Origin: a virus
Taxonomy: Duplodnaviria > Caudoviricetes
Virus record (IMG/VR): IMGVR_UViG_3300030100_001240
Coordinates: 1 to 40,391 of that record
Strand: one strand, 5' to 3'
DNA length: 40,391 nt
Below, piece by piece: positions 6,936 to 14,557 of this stretch. A program made the translations under genes and the position numbers. Under the pieces are notes generated by a model. That model ran no database searches. It saw only the letters and a list, made by a program, of their open reading frames with translations, and was not told the DNA's origin. Each line of letters begins with the position of its first letter. Within the stretch, counting starts at the first letter, position 1.

Positions 6936-7238
6936 TCAGGCTGTCTCCAGCTTGAAATCTGGTGGGGCTGTGGCTATCGGTCCGTTTGCTTTCAGTTGCG
7001 CCAGCTGAATTTCGATGGATTGGAGTTTGAAGTCAGCGTCCGGAGCGTCGAGGTAAACGGTCCAGTCCAGCAGGCGGGGTCTTTTTGCGCCGAGGCGGTA
7101 GTCTGAGCCAGCAGGGTGTGCGTAAACGGTGAGCCCATCGATGTGCCCGAGATAGGTGACCATTACATCGGCGATCCGGGCCTGACTGATTTCCATGGCA
7201 GCGGCTGTGATCTTCAGTGCTCGCTCGGTGGGTGTCAT
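6936..7238 (-). CDS. Hypothetical early protein
   Basis: GGAGG RBS; ATGA-coupled. Confidence 0.6.
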   Translation of the reverse strand: MTPTERALKITAAAMEISQARIADVMVTYLGHIDGLTVYAHPAGSDYRLGAKRPRLLDWTVYLDAPDADFKLQSIEIQLAQLKANGPIATAPPDFKLETA

Positions 7239-7393
7239 GCTTTGCCTCCGTCGGGTGCTGTGTCTGTACCGTTCTGGGCGGCAGTCGCCAGCGTGATTTG
7301 CTCTGCGTCGGCACTCATGAGCTTCAGGCCTGCGTCGGCTGCAAAGCGCAAGATGGTGATGACGGGTGTGTTGTCGGGGATTTTTATGAGCAT
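7235..7393 (-). CDS. Hypothetical protein, first gene of the leftward early operon
   Basis: ATG just downstream of the PL-like promoter. Confidence 0.5.
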   Translation of the reverse strand: MLIKIPDNTPVITILRFAADAGLKLMSADAEQITLATAAQNGTDTAPDGGKA

Positions 7394-7424
7394 TTCGCGG
7401 TTCTCGCAGCGCGTCGTTTTGCAA

Positions 7425-7465
7425 ACGCTACACAATACGTGTTCGCATGTCAACACGAAATGTGT
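7425..7465 (-). promoter_or_regulatory. PL-like promoter overlapped by two operators
   Basis: TTGACA-17 nt-TAGCGT on the minus strand; ACAC-N5-GTGT palindromes at 7430-7442 and 7453-7465. Confidence 0.7.
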
Positions 7466-7547
7466 AGTTCGGGTGCGAGCGTATTTCGATTTGCGAATTT
7501 ACAGGGGTTTCGCGGGGAGGTTTTGGTTCAGGGCGGTGCCGGTGCTT

Positions 7548-7772
7548 TTAGCCCCAGCCGCCGCTTTCTTCGGCAGAGCTATGTCGAGTATCAGGTGCTG
7601 GCTTGCCGGTAAGTTGTTCGAGTTGACGGCTGAGTCGGTTTGATTGTTCCAGCATCTGATCCAGTCGCCCCTTTATGCCGAATACAGCAAACGGCAACAG
7701 CGCCCATAAAATTACCAGGGCGAATATGAAAAGCACCGCGATGATGTTCATGCCTTCGATAGCGTTAGTCAT
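7548..7772 (-). CDS. Small membrane protein downstream of cI (lysogeny-expressed, possibly exclusion)
   Basis: Long hydrophobic helix followed by coiled coil; GGGAGA RBS. Confidence 0.55.
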   Translation of the reverse strand: MTNAIEGMNIIAVLFIFALVILWALLPFAVFGIKGRLDQMLEQSNRLSRQLEQLTGKPAPDTRHSSAEESGGWG

Positions 7773-7804
7773 TGTGGTCTCCCGTGATTTTTTGGGTTTT
7801 TATT

Positions 7805-8152
7805 CTAGCTTGCATCCTTCTTGATTTCAGGCTGCGCCCCGTATGCGGGCGGTTGAGACTCAGCAACGCGGTGGAGCGTGTCCTTTCCCCGTGAATCCAT
7901 GCGCACATATTTCCGTGCAAGGGCCTCCAGTGACGGGTCATCGTCCAGGCCACCAAGGTAAGAGGCGGGCTCTTTGAGTATTTTTGAAAGCGCCACGAGA
8001 ATGTCTGGTGGTGGGTATCGGGTGCCTTGTTCGAAGTTCCCCAGGCGAGACGGGGTCAGCCCGGGGACATGGCCGGCCACGGCGACTTGCGTGAGGCCAA
8101 TAGCCTCTCGCGCCGCCTTTATTCTTTTACCCGCCAGTTTCTTGTAATCCAT
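7805..8152 (-). CDS. CI-like XRE-family repressor without an S24 peptidase domain
   Basis: GKRIKAAREAIGLTQ...SRLGNFEQGTRYP HTH; divergent from cro. Confidence 0.85.
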   Translation of the reverse strand: MDYKKLAGKRIKAAREAIGLTQVAVAGHVPGLTPSRLGNFEQGTRYPPPDILVALSKILKEPASYLGGLDDDPSLEALARKYVRMDSRGKDTLHRVAESQPPAYGAQPEIKKDAS

Positions 8153-8167
8153 GGGGCGGAATTTTAG

Positions 8168-8240
8168 ACACGTATCGTGCGGTGACGTACTTACGTTTTG
8201 TGGGCTTGTTGTTGCCTTAACTACACGATATGTGTTATTC
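8168..8240. promoter_or_regulatory. OR-like operators in the cI/cro intergenic region
   Basis: ACACGTATCGTGC (8168-8180) and ACACGATATGTGT (8223-8235) share the PL operator consensus. Confidence 0.6.
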
Positions 8241-8247
8241 ATATTGC

Positions 8248-8448
8248 ATGAACCTACGTGATTACATCAAGAGTGTTGGCGATTCGCGAGCTGCAGAGCT
8301 CTTTGGGGTCGAGGAGAGAACTGCAGCCTCGTGGCGTCGTGGTGAGCGAAGCCCGCGCCCCAAAACGGCCGCAACGATAGTCTCTGTAACGCAAGGGGAA
8401 GTCTCCTTTGCCGAGGTTTATCAAGCTGATTCAGCCGAAGTCGCCTGA
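8248..8448 (+). CDS. Cro-like HTH protein
   Basis: AAELFGVEERTAASWRRGERSPR; divergent from the repressor. Confidence 0.8.
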   Translation: MNLRDYIKSVGDSRAAELFGVEERTAASWRRGERSPRPKTAATIVSVTQGEVSFAEVYQADSAEVA

Positions 8449-8475
8449 ACCTCGCTCTGGTAGCGAGGTTTTTTT
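8448..8475 (+). terminator. tR1-like intrinsic terminator
   Basis: AACCTCGCT-loop-AGCGAGGTT followed by a T tract. Confidence 0.75.
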
Positions 8476-8522
8476 ATTGTCCGCTAGCGGTGTTACCACC
8501 GCTTACCACTACGGGGTAGCCA

Positions 8523-8915
8523 ATGGCAAACGCGCAGCATGAGTTGTTCCACGAAGACTTAAGCGATGCTCTCAAGCACTTGGTTGCAGCGCTGGGAGGG
8601 CCAAAGATTGTTGGGGTGGAGCTATGGCCAACGCTGGCTCCGGATACTGCAGGGCGGAAGATTAATCATTGCCTTAACGATGAGCATGCCCAGCAGTTCC
8701 ATCCGCAGGACATTATGTGGCTCCTGACAGAAGGGCGTCGGCGCGGTGTTCATTCCGCTATGGCGTACATCACCCGTGAGGTCGGGTATGCGGATCCGCA
8801 GCCAGTCGAGCCGGAAGATGAGCAAGCCAAGCTGCAGCGAGAATTTTGTGAGGCCGCGAAGAATCTTGATCAGATTATGGTTCGGATCGAGCGCATTCAG
8901 GGTCGGCAAAAGTGA
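8523..8915 (+). CDS. CII-like phage regulatory protein
   Basis: Position after cro; ALGGPKIVGVELWP...INHCLN helical pattern. Confidence 0.55.
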   Translation: MANAQHELFHEDLSDALKHLVAALGGPKIVGVELWPTLAPDTAGRKINHCLNDEHAQQFHPQDIMWLLTEGRRRGVHSAMAYITREVGYADPQPVEPEDEQAKLQREFCEAAKNLDQIMVRIERIQGRQK

Positions 8916-9235
8916 GCAAGATACCCCTGCCAACCATGCGCTTCGACAAAGGCCGCTCGGAAAAGTATCACCGGGCGATGCGGTTGTTGGCGGATGCTGC
9001 TGGAGATTTGCCGGTTGAACAGGCAGAGGCGTTGCTCATTTTTTTGCAGGCATCATCTGTGTCAACTCACGTTTTGGTGCATACCCATAGTTCGGGCCCG
9101 GTTCAGGGCGTTATTCAAGTGTGGCTTGAGCCTACACATTTTCTTTTATCACTTATCGATGCCACGGAGCGCAAGCAGCTCGACGCGTTTTTTGCCGGGC
9201 GCGATGTGGCGGCTGCGTCGGCTGTGGCGCATTAG
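8912..9235 (+). CDS. Hypothetical protein
   Basis: GTGA-coupled ORF. Confidence 0.5.
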   Translation: MSKIPLPTMRFDKGRSEKYHRAMRLLADAAGDLPVEQAEALLIFLQASSVSTHVLVHTHSSGPVQGVIQVWLEPTHFLLSLIDATERKQLDAFFAGRDVAAASAVAH

Positions 9236-9266
9236 GGGGTGGTTTTGAATAAGTCTGGATTTTGTG

Positions 9267-9509
9267 TCAGTGCTTCGGATCTCCGTTGTTTGGAGGCGAG
9301 GCGCTTCCCAGCTTCTGAAGTGCCCTCTGTATTTGTTGTATCAGGCTCTCGGCTTGTGTGCGTGTCAACGCGTAGTTTCGACCAGGGTTCGGTCTATCGG
9401 GGCTCTGCATCGGCGACGCCAAAAAGTCGAACTTAAGCAGGATCAGGCCCTCATCTTCGATCATGCGTGTAGTGGTTTGTGCAACAGGGAAAATATCAAT
9501 ATCAGACAT
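9267..9509 (-). CDS. BssS-like small protein (antisense moron)
   Basis: IFPVAQ...LILLKFDFLASP...YALTRTQAESLIQQIQRALQKL pattern; AGGAG RBS. Confidence 0.5.
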   Translation of the reverse strand: MSDIDIFPVAQTTTRMIEDEGLILLKFDFLASPMQSPDRPNPGRNYALTRTQAESLIQQIQRALQKLGSASPPNNGDPKH

Positions 9510-9631
9510 AGTGAATCTCCTGGTTGATTGGTTGGCGCCTCAACTATAGCGGAGATCCCGTCACCTGGGCAGTGGTGAGGCGGCCGGGGCAGACCGGCAT
9601 TCAATAATAGCGTTAGCAGAGGTAGGCAGGT

Positions 9632-9808
9632 ATGGGGAAGATCAAAAGAACCATTGCGGGTAAACACCTTGTGAAGCAATCCATTGAGCGATCGCGCGAG
9701 CGGTTGTCTCGTCTTGTAAACCATATTGGCTGCGCGTATCCATACGCATCGTTTTCTGATGCGGCTGCAGCTGAAAGGCAGGTCATAAAAACACTGCAGT
9801 CGCTGTAG
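9632..9808 (+). CDS. Small basic hypothetical protein (58 aa)
   Basis: Translated by hand (MGKIKRTIAG...); ends 2 nt before the primase. Confidence 0.45.
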   Translation: MGKIKRTIAGKHLVKQSIERSRERLSRLVNHIGCAYPYASFSDAAAAERQVIKTLQSL

Positions 9809-9810
9809 TT

Positions 9811-10647
9811 ATGCAGGATGTGATGCAGCAGCTCGCACAGGGTGGCCTTGTGATTGACGGCGCGCTCGAATACGGCCGTCTGGTGCGATGCAAGGTCGAG
9901 GGTGATACAGGCCGTAAGCAAAGCGGCTGGTATGTGTTGCATACCCTTGTGCTCGATAACGGTCAGGATGTTGTGGTTGGCCGCTACGGCAACTGGAAGC
10001 GTTACGGTGGTGAAGGGCAGAAGGTTGAGCTGGATTTGCCTGAGCTTACTGCCGAGCAGAAAAAGGCCTTTGCAGCCGAGCAGAAGCGGCTGAGCGATGC
10101 CGCGCGACGTGAGCGCCTGGCTCGGGCCGAAGAGGCTGCGGAGCGTGCGAAGAAACTATTTCCCAAACTGCCTGACTCGGGAAAATCTCCTTATCTTGAT
10201 AGAAAAAAGGTGCGCGCTTTTGGTGTGCGCTTTTCCCGTGGTTCGATTGTTGTTCCTCTCAGAAATTCGGAATTAAAGCTGGTTGGTCTGCAGTTTATTG
10301 CGCCCGACGGCAGTAAAAAATTTTTGACGGGTACCGCCAAGATGGGTGCTTTTCACATGGTGGGGGTTCCGTCGGAAAAATCACCTTTGTGTATTGCTGA
10401 AGGCTATGCCACGGCGGCGACTGTTCATATGGCATCGGGTTGGGCATGCCTGGTTGCGTTTGATGCGGGCAATCTTAAACCCGTCGCGCTGGCGGCTCGG
10501 AAAATGTATCCAGATATCGAGCTCGTAATCTGCGGCGACGACGATCACGCGACGGATGGTAACCCGGGTGTTACGAAGGCGACAGAGGCTGCCGCTGCTG
10601 TTGGCGGTTGCGTTGTGATTCCCCAGTTCGAGAAGGGGGCGTTGTGA
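9811..10647 (+). CDS. DNA primase, Toprim domain
   Basis: LQFIAPDGSKKFL; IAEGYATAAT; AFDAGNL; ICGDDD. Confidence 0.9.
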   Translation: MQDVMQQLAQGGLVIDGALEYGRLVRCKVEGDTGRKQSGWYVLHTLVLDNGQDVVVGRYGNWKRYGGEGQKVELDLPELTAEQKKAFAAEQKRLSDAARRERLARAEEAAERAKKLFPKLPDSGKSPYLDRKKVRAFGVRFSRGSIVVPLRNSELKLVGLQFIAPDGSKKFLTGTAKMGAFHMVGVPSEKSPLCIAEGYATAATVHMASGWACLVAFDAGNLKPVALAARKMYPDIELVICGDDDHATDGNPGVTKATEAAAAVGGCVVIPQFEKGAL

Positions 10648-11051
10648 CGGCTCGCAAGGCAAAGTGGATGGGCATGAATTGGTGCAGGCCGTCAACGCGG
10701 CTTGCGGTTTATCTGCGCGATGAGGTGGTCTGTTTGTGGTGCCAGAACGATTTTGATTCTGACGATAGAAAGCCAAGCCTCGACCATCTTGTGCCGGTTT
10801 CTCGCGGTGGTAGCAATACCCCGTGCAATTTGTTTACAGCGTGCCTGGGCTGCAATAGGCGGCGGGGTAATTTGAGCATACCGGCCTTTGCTGCATCGTT
10901 TCCGGATCCGCAAGGCGTGGAGAGGCGCATACGCAATGCGGTCAGGCGGCGGCTGCCTCGTGAGCGCGCTATCGAAATTCTTAATGATCACCTAACGATT
11001 ACAGGCGCGCTGTTGGCGTTGATTCGGTCTGCTCGGGAGTGCGAGTTGTAA
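10644..11051 (+). CDS. HNH endonuclease
   Basis: RD..CLWC...SLDHLVPVSRGGSN...NLFTACLGCNRRRG. Confidence 0.9.
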   Translation: MTARKAKWMGMNWCRPSTRLAVYLRDEVVCLWCQNDFDSDDRKPSLDHLVPVSRGGSNTPCNLFTACLGCNRRRGNLSIPAFAASFPDPQGVERRIRNAVRRRLPRERAIEILNDHLTITGALLALIRSARECEL

Positions 11052-12460
11052 TGAGCGATGCTTTGACTGATTTCAACGATCTGCATTGCGCTCACGGGCT
11101 CGATACTGTTCGAGACCAGGTGGAGCGCGCATATCATAATTTTGTTGAGACGCGCAGCGTTGAATCAGCGCCGCCAGAGCCTGAGCAGGAAGAGCTGCCT
11201 TCACCGCCGGACCTTGATTGGCTGCGGCAAATGCAGAAAACGCGGCAGGGCGCGTTCATGGCCAATATTTATAACGCGCATATGGTGTTGTCTCACGATT
11301 CAGACTGGCAGGGTGTGTTGGGGTACTGTGAGTTCAGTTATCGCATTATCAAGCGTCGGGTGCCGCCGTGGTTTGGTGGCGTGGTGGGTGAGTGGACAGA
11401 CGCCGATACGGCTCGTCTGCGAATCTGGATTTCAAAAAAATACGGTTTCTCGCCGAAAAGCGCTGACGCGGAAGACGCGATACTGGTAGCTGCTCAAGAC
11501 AAAAGTTTTCACCCTGTTACTGAATATCTGGATGGCCTCGTGTGGGACAGGCAGCCTCGTGTTCGCTCCTGGCTAAAAACCTACATGGGTGCGGAGTCGT
11601 CGGCGGAAGATGCGGGTGAGCGTGCGCGGTACGAGCGCTATGTGTCTCTGGTGGGCACGATGTGGCTGATTGCTGCAATTGCTCGCGTTGTTCGCCCGCC
11701 GGTGAAGTCGGACTGCGTTTTGATTTTGGAAGGGCTGCAGGGGCTGGGCAAGTCAACCGCGCTCGAGATTCTCGGCGGCAGTTGGTTCTCGGATACGCAC
11801 TTTGCTCTGGGTGAAAAAGACGGCTACCAGCAAATGCAGGGTGTGTGGATCTGTGAGCTGGCAGAACTGGATTCTTTCAACAAGGCTGAGTCGACTCGCG
11901 CGAAGCAATTTTTCGCGAGTTCTGAGGATCGATACCGCCCTGCGTATGGTCGTCGCGCTCATGCCTTTGCGCGGCAGTGTGTGTTCGCCGGTACCACCAA
12001 TCAGGACAGCTACCTGAAAGACCCAACGGGCAACCGGCGCTATTGGCCGGTGTTTTGTTATCGGCTCGACGCGGTAGCGTTGGCTCGCGATCGGGATCAA
12101 TTGTGGGCTGAGGCCTACCAGTTGTATTGCCTGGGTGAAAAGTGGTGGGTGCAGGAGCATGACAAGCATCTGTTTGAAGAGCAGCAGGAGGCGCGGTTCG
12201 CATCCGATGTTTGGGAAGATTTGATTGTGGAGTACCTACGCGATCCGATGAATAACGCAGAGGTTTATTTCACTACCAATGATCTGATGGCTGGGGCGTT
12301 GCGGCTTGAGCCTGCACAAATGCGCCAGCCTGAGCAAACGCGTGTAGGGCAAATCATGACGCGCCTGGGGTGGCGCAAGTCTCGGCGCGCAGTGCTTGAG
12401 AGTAGCGGTAAGCAGGTGAGGAAGTGGGTTTATGAGCGGCCGCCTGACTGGAAGGGCTGA
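11051..12460 (+). CDS. VapE/VirE family P-loop helicase
   Basis: LILEGLQGLGKST; ELAEL; RPAYGR; GTTN; GNRRYWP. Confidence 0.9.
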   Translation: MSDALTDFNDLHCAHGLDTVRDQVERAYHNFVETRSVESAPPEPEQEELPSPPDLDWLRQMQKTRQGAFMANIYNAHMVLSHDSDWQGVLGYCEFSYRIIKRRVPPWFGGVVGEWTDADTARLRIWISKKYGFSPKSADAEDAILVAAQDKSFHPVTEYLDGLVWDRQPRVRSWLKTYMGAESSAEDAGERARYERYVSLVGTMWLIAAIARVVRPPVKSDCVLILEGLQGLGKSTALEILGGSWFSDTHFALGEKDGYQQMQGVWICELAELDSFNKAESTRAKQFFASSEDRYRPAYGRRAHAFARQCVFAGTTNQDSYLKDPTGNRRYWPVFCYRLDAVALARDRDQLWAEAYQLYCLGEKWWVQEHDKHLFEEQQEARFASDVWEDLIVEYLRDPMNNAEVYFTTNDLMAGALRLEPAQMRQPEQTRVGQIMTRLGWRKSRRAVLESSGKQVRKWVYERPPDWKG

Positions 12461-12462
12461 AA

Positions 12463-12729
12463 TGTCCAACCTGTCCAACCTGCCGCGTGGAGGTTGGACG
12501 CGCTGAAAGCCGCGTCATTACTGGGCGTGTCCAACCTGTCCAACCTGTCCAACCTTTTGCGCGCACGTGTATGTGTTTTTACATGCGCGCTGTAAGGCCG
12601 AAACGAAAACGATTAATCGTCTTGTGTGTACGAATAAGGTTGGACAGGTTGGACAGGTTGGACAAAGCCAGTAGCTATAAGGGTTTCAGAGTGTCCAACC
12701 TCGCCAAAGGTTGGACAGAGGTTGGACAT
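12463..12729. repeat. Iteron-like TGTCCAACC / GGTTGGACA repeat cluster (putative replication origin)
   Basis: About a dozen direct and inverted copies, including tandem triplets at ~12528 and ~12638, right after the helicase. Confidence 0.75.
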
Positions 12730-12746
12730 AGCAGTGGGGGATAGCA

Positions 12747-13103
12747 ATGAGCATAGGCACAACCAGAGAAAGACTTACCGCGTGGGGCCGATGGCAGCGT
12801 CACGGTCAGAACTTGGGGTTGAGTTACAAGTCGCCTGCAGAGGCGATGATACGATTGAAGCTGGGTGCAGGCGTTGGTGAACCACCAGTGTGTGACGACG
12901 ATGCATTGTTTGTTGATCGTGCTATTGCTCGGCTTAAGCATCGGGATGGTGATTTGTATGAGGTGCTTTTCCTGTCTTACGTCTACAGCCTGGGTAGTAG
13001 AGAGATTGGAAAGCGCCTTCATCGAGATCACAAGTGGGCTCAGCGAATGCTGTTCAGTGCCGAGTGCTGGGTCGATGGCAGGCTGGACTTAGTGGCTGCC
13101 TAA
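12747..13103 (+). CDS. Late antiterminator Q-like protein
   Basis: RLTAWGRW...CDDDALFVDRAIARL...SAECWVDG. Confidence 0.8.
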   Translation: MSIGTTRERLTAWGRWQRHGQNLGLSYKSPAEAMIRLKLGAGVGEPPVCDDDALFVDRAIARLKHRDGDLYEVLFLSYVYSLGSREIGKRLHRDHKWAQRMLFSAECWVDGRLDLVAA

Positions 13104-13110
13104 ATATTTG

Positions 13111-13139
13111 TTGACTGGGGCCCCGGCTTTCTGTACAAA
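13111..13139 (+). promoter_or_regulatory. pR'-like late promoter
   Basis: TTGACT-17 nt-TACAAA immediately after Q. Confidence 0.6.
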
Positions 13140-13169
13140 AAGCTCAAACTGCGGTTTTACCGACTCAAC

Positions 13170-13198
13170 AAAGCCCGGCCACTGAGCCGGGTTTTTTT
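13170..13198 (+). terminator. tR'-like terminator
   Basis: AAAGCCCGGC-CACTGA-GCCGGGTTT followed by a T tract. Confidence 0.75.
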
Positions 13199-13222
13199 AT
13201 GCGCAAATCTTGTGGAGTAGAT

Positions 13223-13516
13223 ATGGGCCTGCACATGCAGCAAGCGGCGGAACAAGTCGCAGACGTGGCGCAAAAAGCTGGTAGTGGTGTCGCGGTTGCC
13301 TCTGGTGTTTGGGCTTGGGTCGGCACGAATCATCAGGTCATCAGCACCATCGTTGGGTTTATTGCTTTGCTTGTGACTATCGCGGGCATCGTATTCAACA
13401 TCAGACATAAGCGCCGCGTTGAAGCCATCATGGCTGAGCAGCTTGATCGGCGCCGCCAGCAACTGAATCCAGATTCCGACATCGTTACTCCGTACCCCGG
13501 CAGCCAGCAGCAATAA
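13223..13516 (+). CDS. Holin-like membrane protein
   Basis: First late gene; TM helix followed by a basic C-terminus. Confidence 0.5.
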   Translation: MGLHMQQAAEQVADVAQKAGSGVAVASGVWAWVGTNHQVISTIVGFIALLVTIAGIVFNIRHKRRVEAIMAEQLDRRRQQLNPDSDIVTPYPGSQQQ

Positions 13517-13541
13517 TAAAATCTCCATGTGTGCTGTTATT

Positions 13542-13566
13542 GCCCGTCCAGACGACGGGCTTTTTT
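13542..13566 (+). terminator. Intrinsic terminator
   Basis: GCCCGTC-loop-GACGGGC-TTTTTT. Confidence 0.7.
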
Positions 13567-13582
13567 AATTGCATAGGCCCTC

Positions 13583-13885
13583 ATGCCGAAACCTTACAAT
13601 CGACGTTGGCAGAAAGCGCGGCAAACTTACCTGCGCAATAACCCGTTGTGTGTTTGGCACAAGCGTGATGGCAAGGTGGTCGCGTCAAGAATCGTTGACC
13701 ACATCATTCCTCATCGTAATGACATGAAACTGTTTTGGGATACCAGCAACTGGCAGGCGCTGTGCAAGTCTTGCCATGACTCGCACAAGCAGCGGCTTGA
13801 GAAGAGCGGGGTGATTCTGGGCTGCGATGAAGACGGTATTCCAACAGACCCGGGCCACCACTGGTCAAGGGGAGGGGCGGGGTAA
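13583..13885 (+). CDS. Terminase-associated HNH endonuclease (HK97 gp74-like)
   Basis: YNRRWQKAR...PLC...VDHIIPH...NWQALCKSCHDSHK; upstream of terS, implying cos packaging. Confidence 0.9.
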   Translation: MPKPYNRRWQKARQTYLRNNPLCVWHKRDGKVVASRIVDHIIPHRNDMKLFWDTSNWQALCKSCHDSHKQRLEKSGVILGCDEDGIPTDPGHHWSRGGAG

Positions 13886-14017
13886 ATTCCTGGCACCTCT
13901 CTGGATGTAGACCGGCGGGTTCTCACTTTTTCTGCAAGCGGGAGTTTTGGGGAGGGGGGGAGTATCAATGTGCAGACTTAATATAGGTCAGGATTTTGAA
14001 TCCTGCAAGTGACTGAG

Positions 14018-14557
14018 ATGGGACAACGCGGACCGAAACCACTGCCCGATAATGTTCACCGGCTCAATGGTAATCCTAGTAAGAAACGCTTGGGTGCAGT
14101 TGGTGCTGGTACTGACGTTCCGGTGGAGGTGCCGGACGCACCGGAACACCTGAACAAAGCTGCGCTGGCTGAGTGGAATCGAATCAGTTCTGAGCTCTAC
14201 AAACTTGGCCTGATTGCAAAAATCGATCGCGCCATGCTGGGCGCATACTGCCAGGCATTCGCTCGCTGGGCCGAGGCCGAATTGAAGATCGCCGAGCTGG
14301 GTGAAGAAGGGCTGGTGCAGAAATCGCCCAACGGTTATTTGCAATATAGCGTCTGGCTTCAGATCAGCAACCGCGCCCAGGAACAGATGAAAACCTTCGG
14401 CGTAGAATTTGGGATGACACCATCAGCTCGGGTCCGAGTTAACCCCAACCCGCAGATGGGATTGTTTGACGATGGCGAAGAAAGCGGCAACGACAAAAAC
14501 CAGGGCAAGGCCAAAGGAAAGTCTGCCCGCTCGCCCGAGAGCTATTTCACGAAGTAG
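14018..14557 (+). CDS. Terminase small subunit, P27 family
   Basis: GPKPLP...GNPSK...APEHL...EFGMTPSARVR. Confidence 0.9.
   Translation: MGQRGPKPLPDNVHRLNGNPSKKRLGAVGAGTDVPVEVPDAPEHLNKAALAEWNRISSELYKLGLIAKIDRAMLGAYCQAFARWAEAELKIAELGEEGLVQKSPNGYLQYSVWLQISNRAQEQMKTFGVEFGMTPSARVRVNPNPQMGLFDDGEESGNDKNQGKAKGKSARSPESYFTK

Larger units (their letters stand above)
6245..6938 (+). repeat. 40-bp direct repeats (6245-6284 and 6899-6938) flanking a two-gene module
   Basis: CGCTCGGCTCTGTAAATTTGCGAGGGTGTGGTGTGCATCA occurs twice. Confidence 0.9.

Noticed and set aside
6463-6936. 157-aa minus-strand ORF as a real gene
   Set aside because: Only the first 13 codons come from the duplicated gene start; the rest is antisense to the motif-rich HNH-like ORF.
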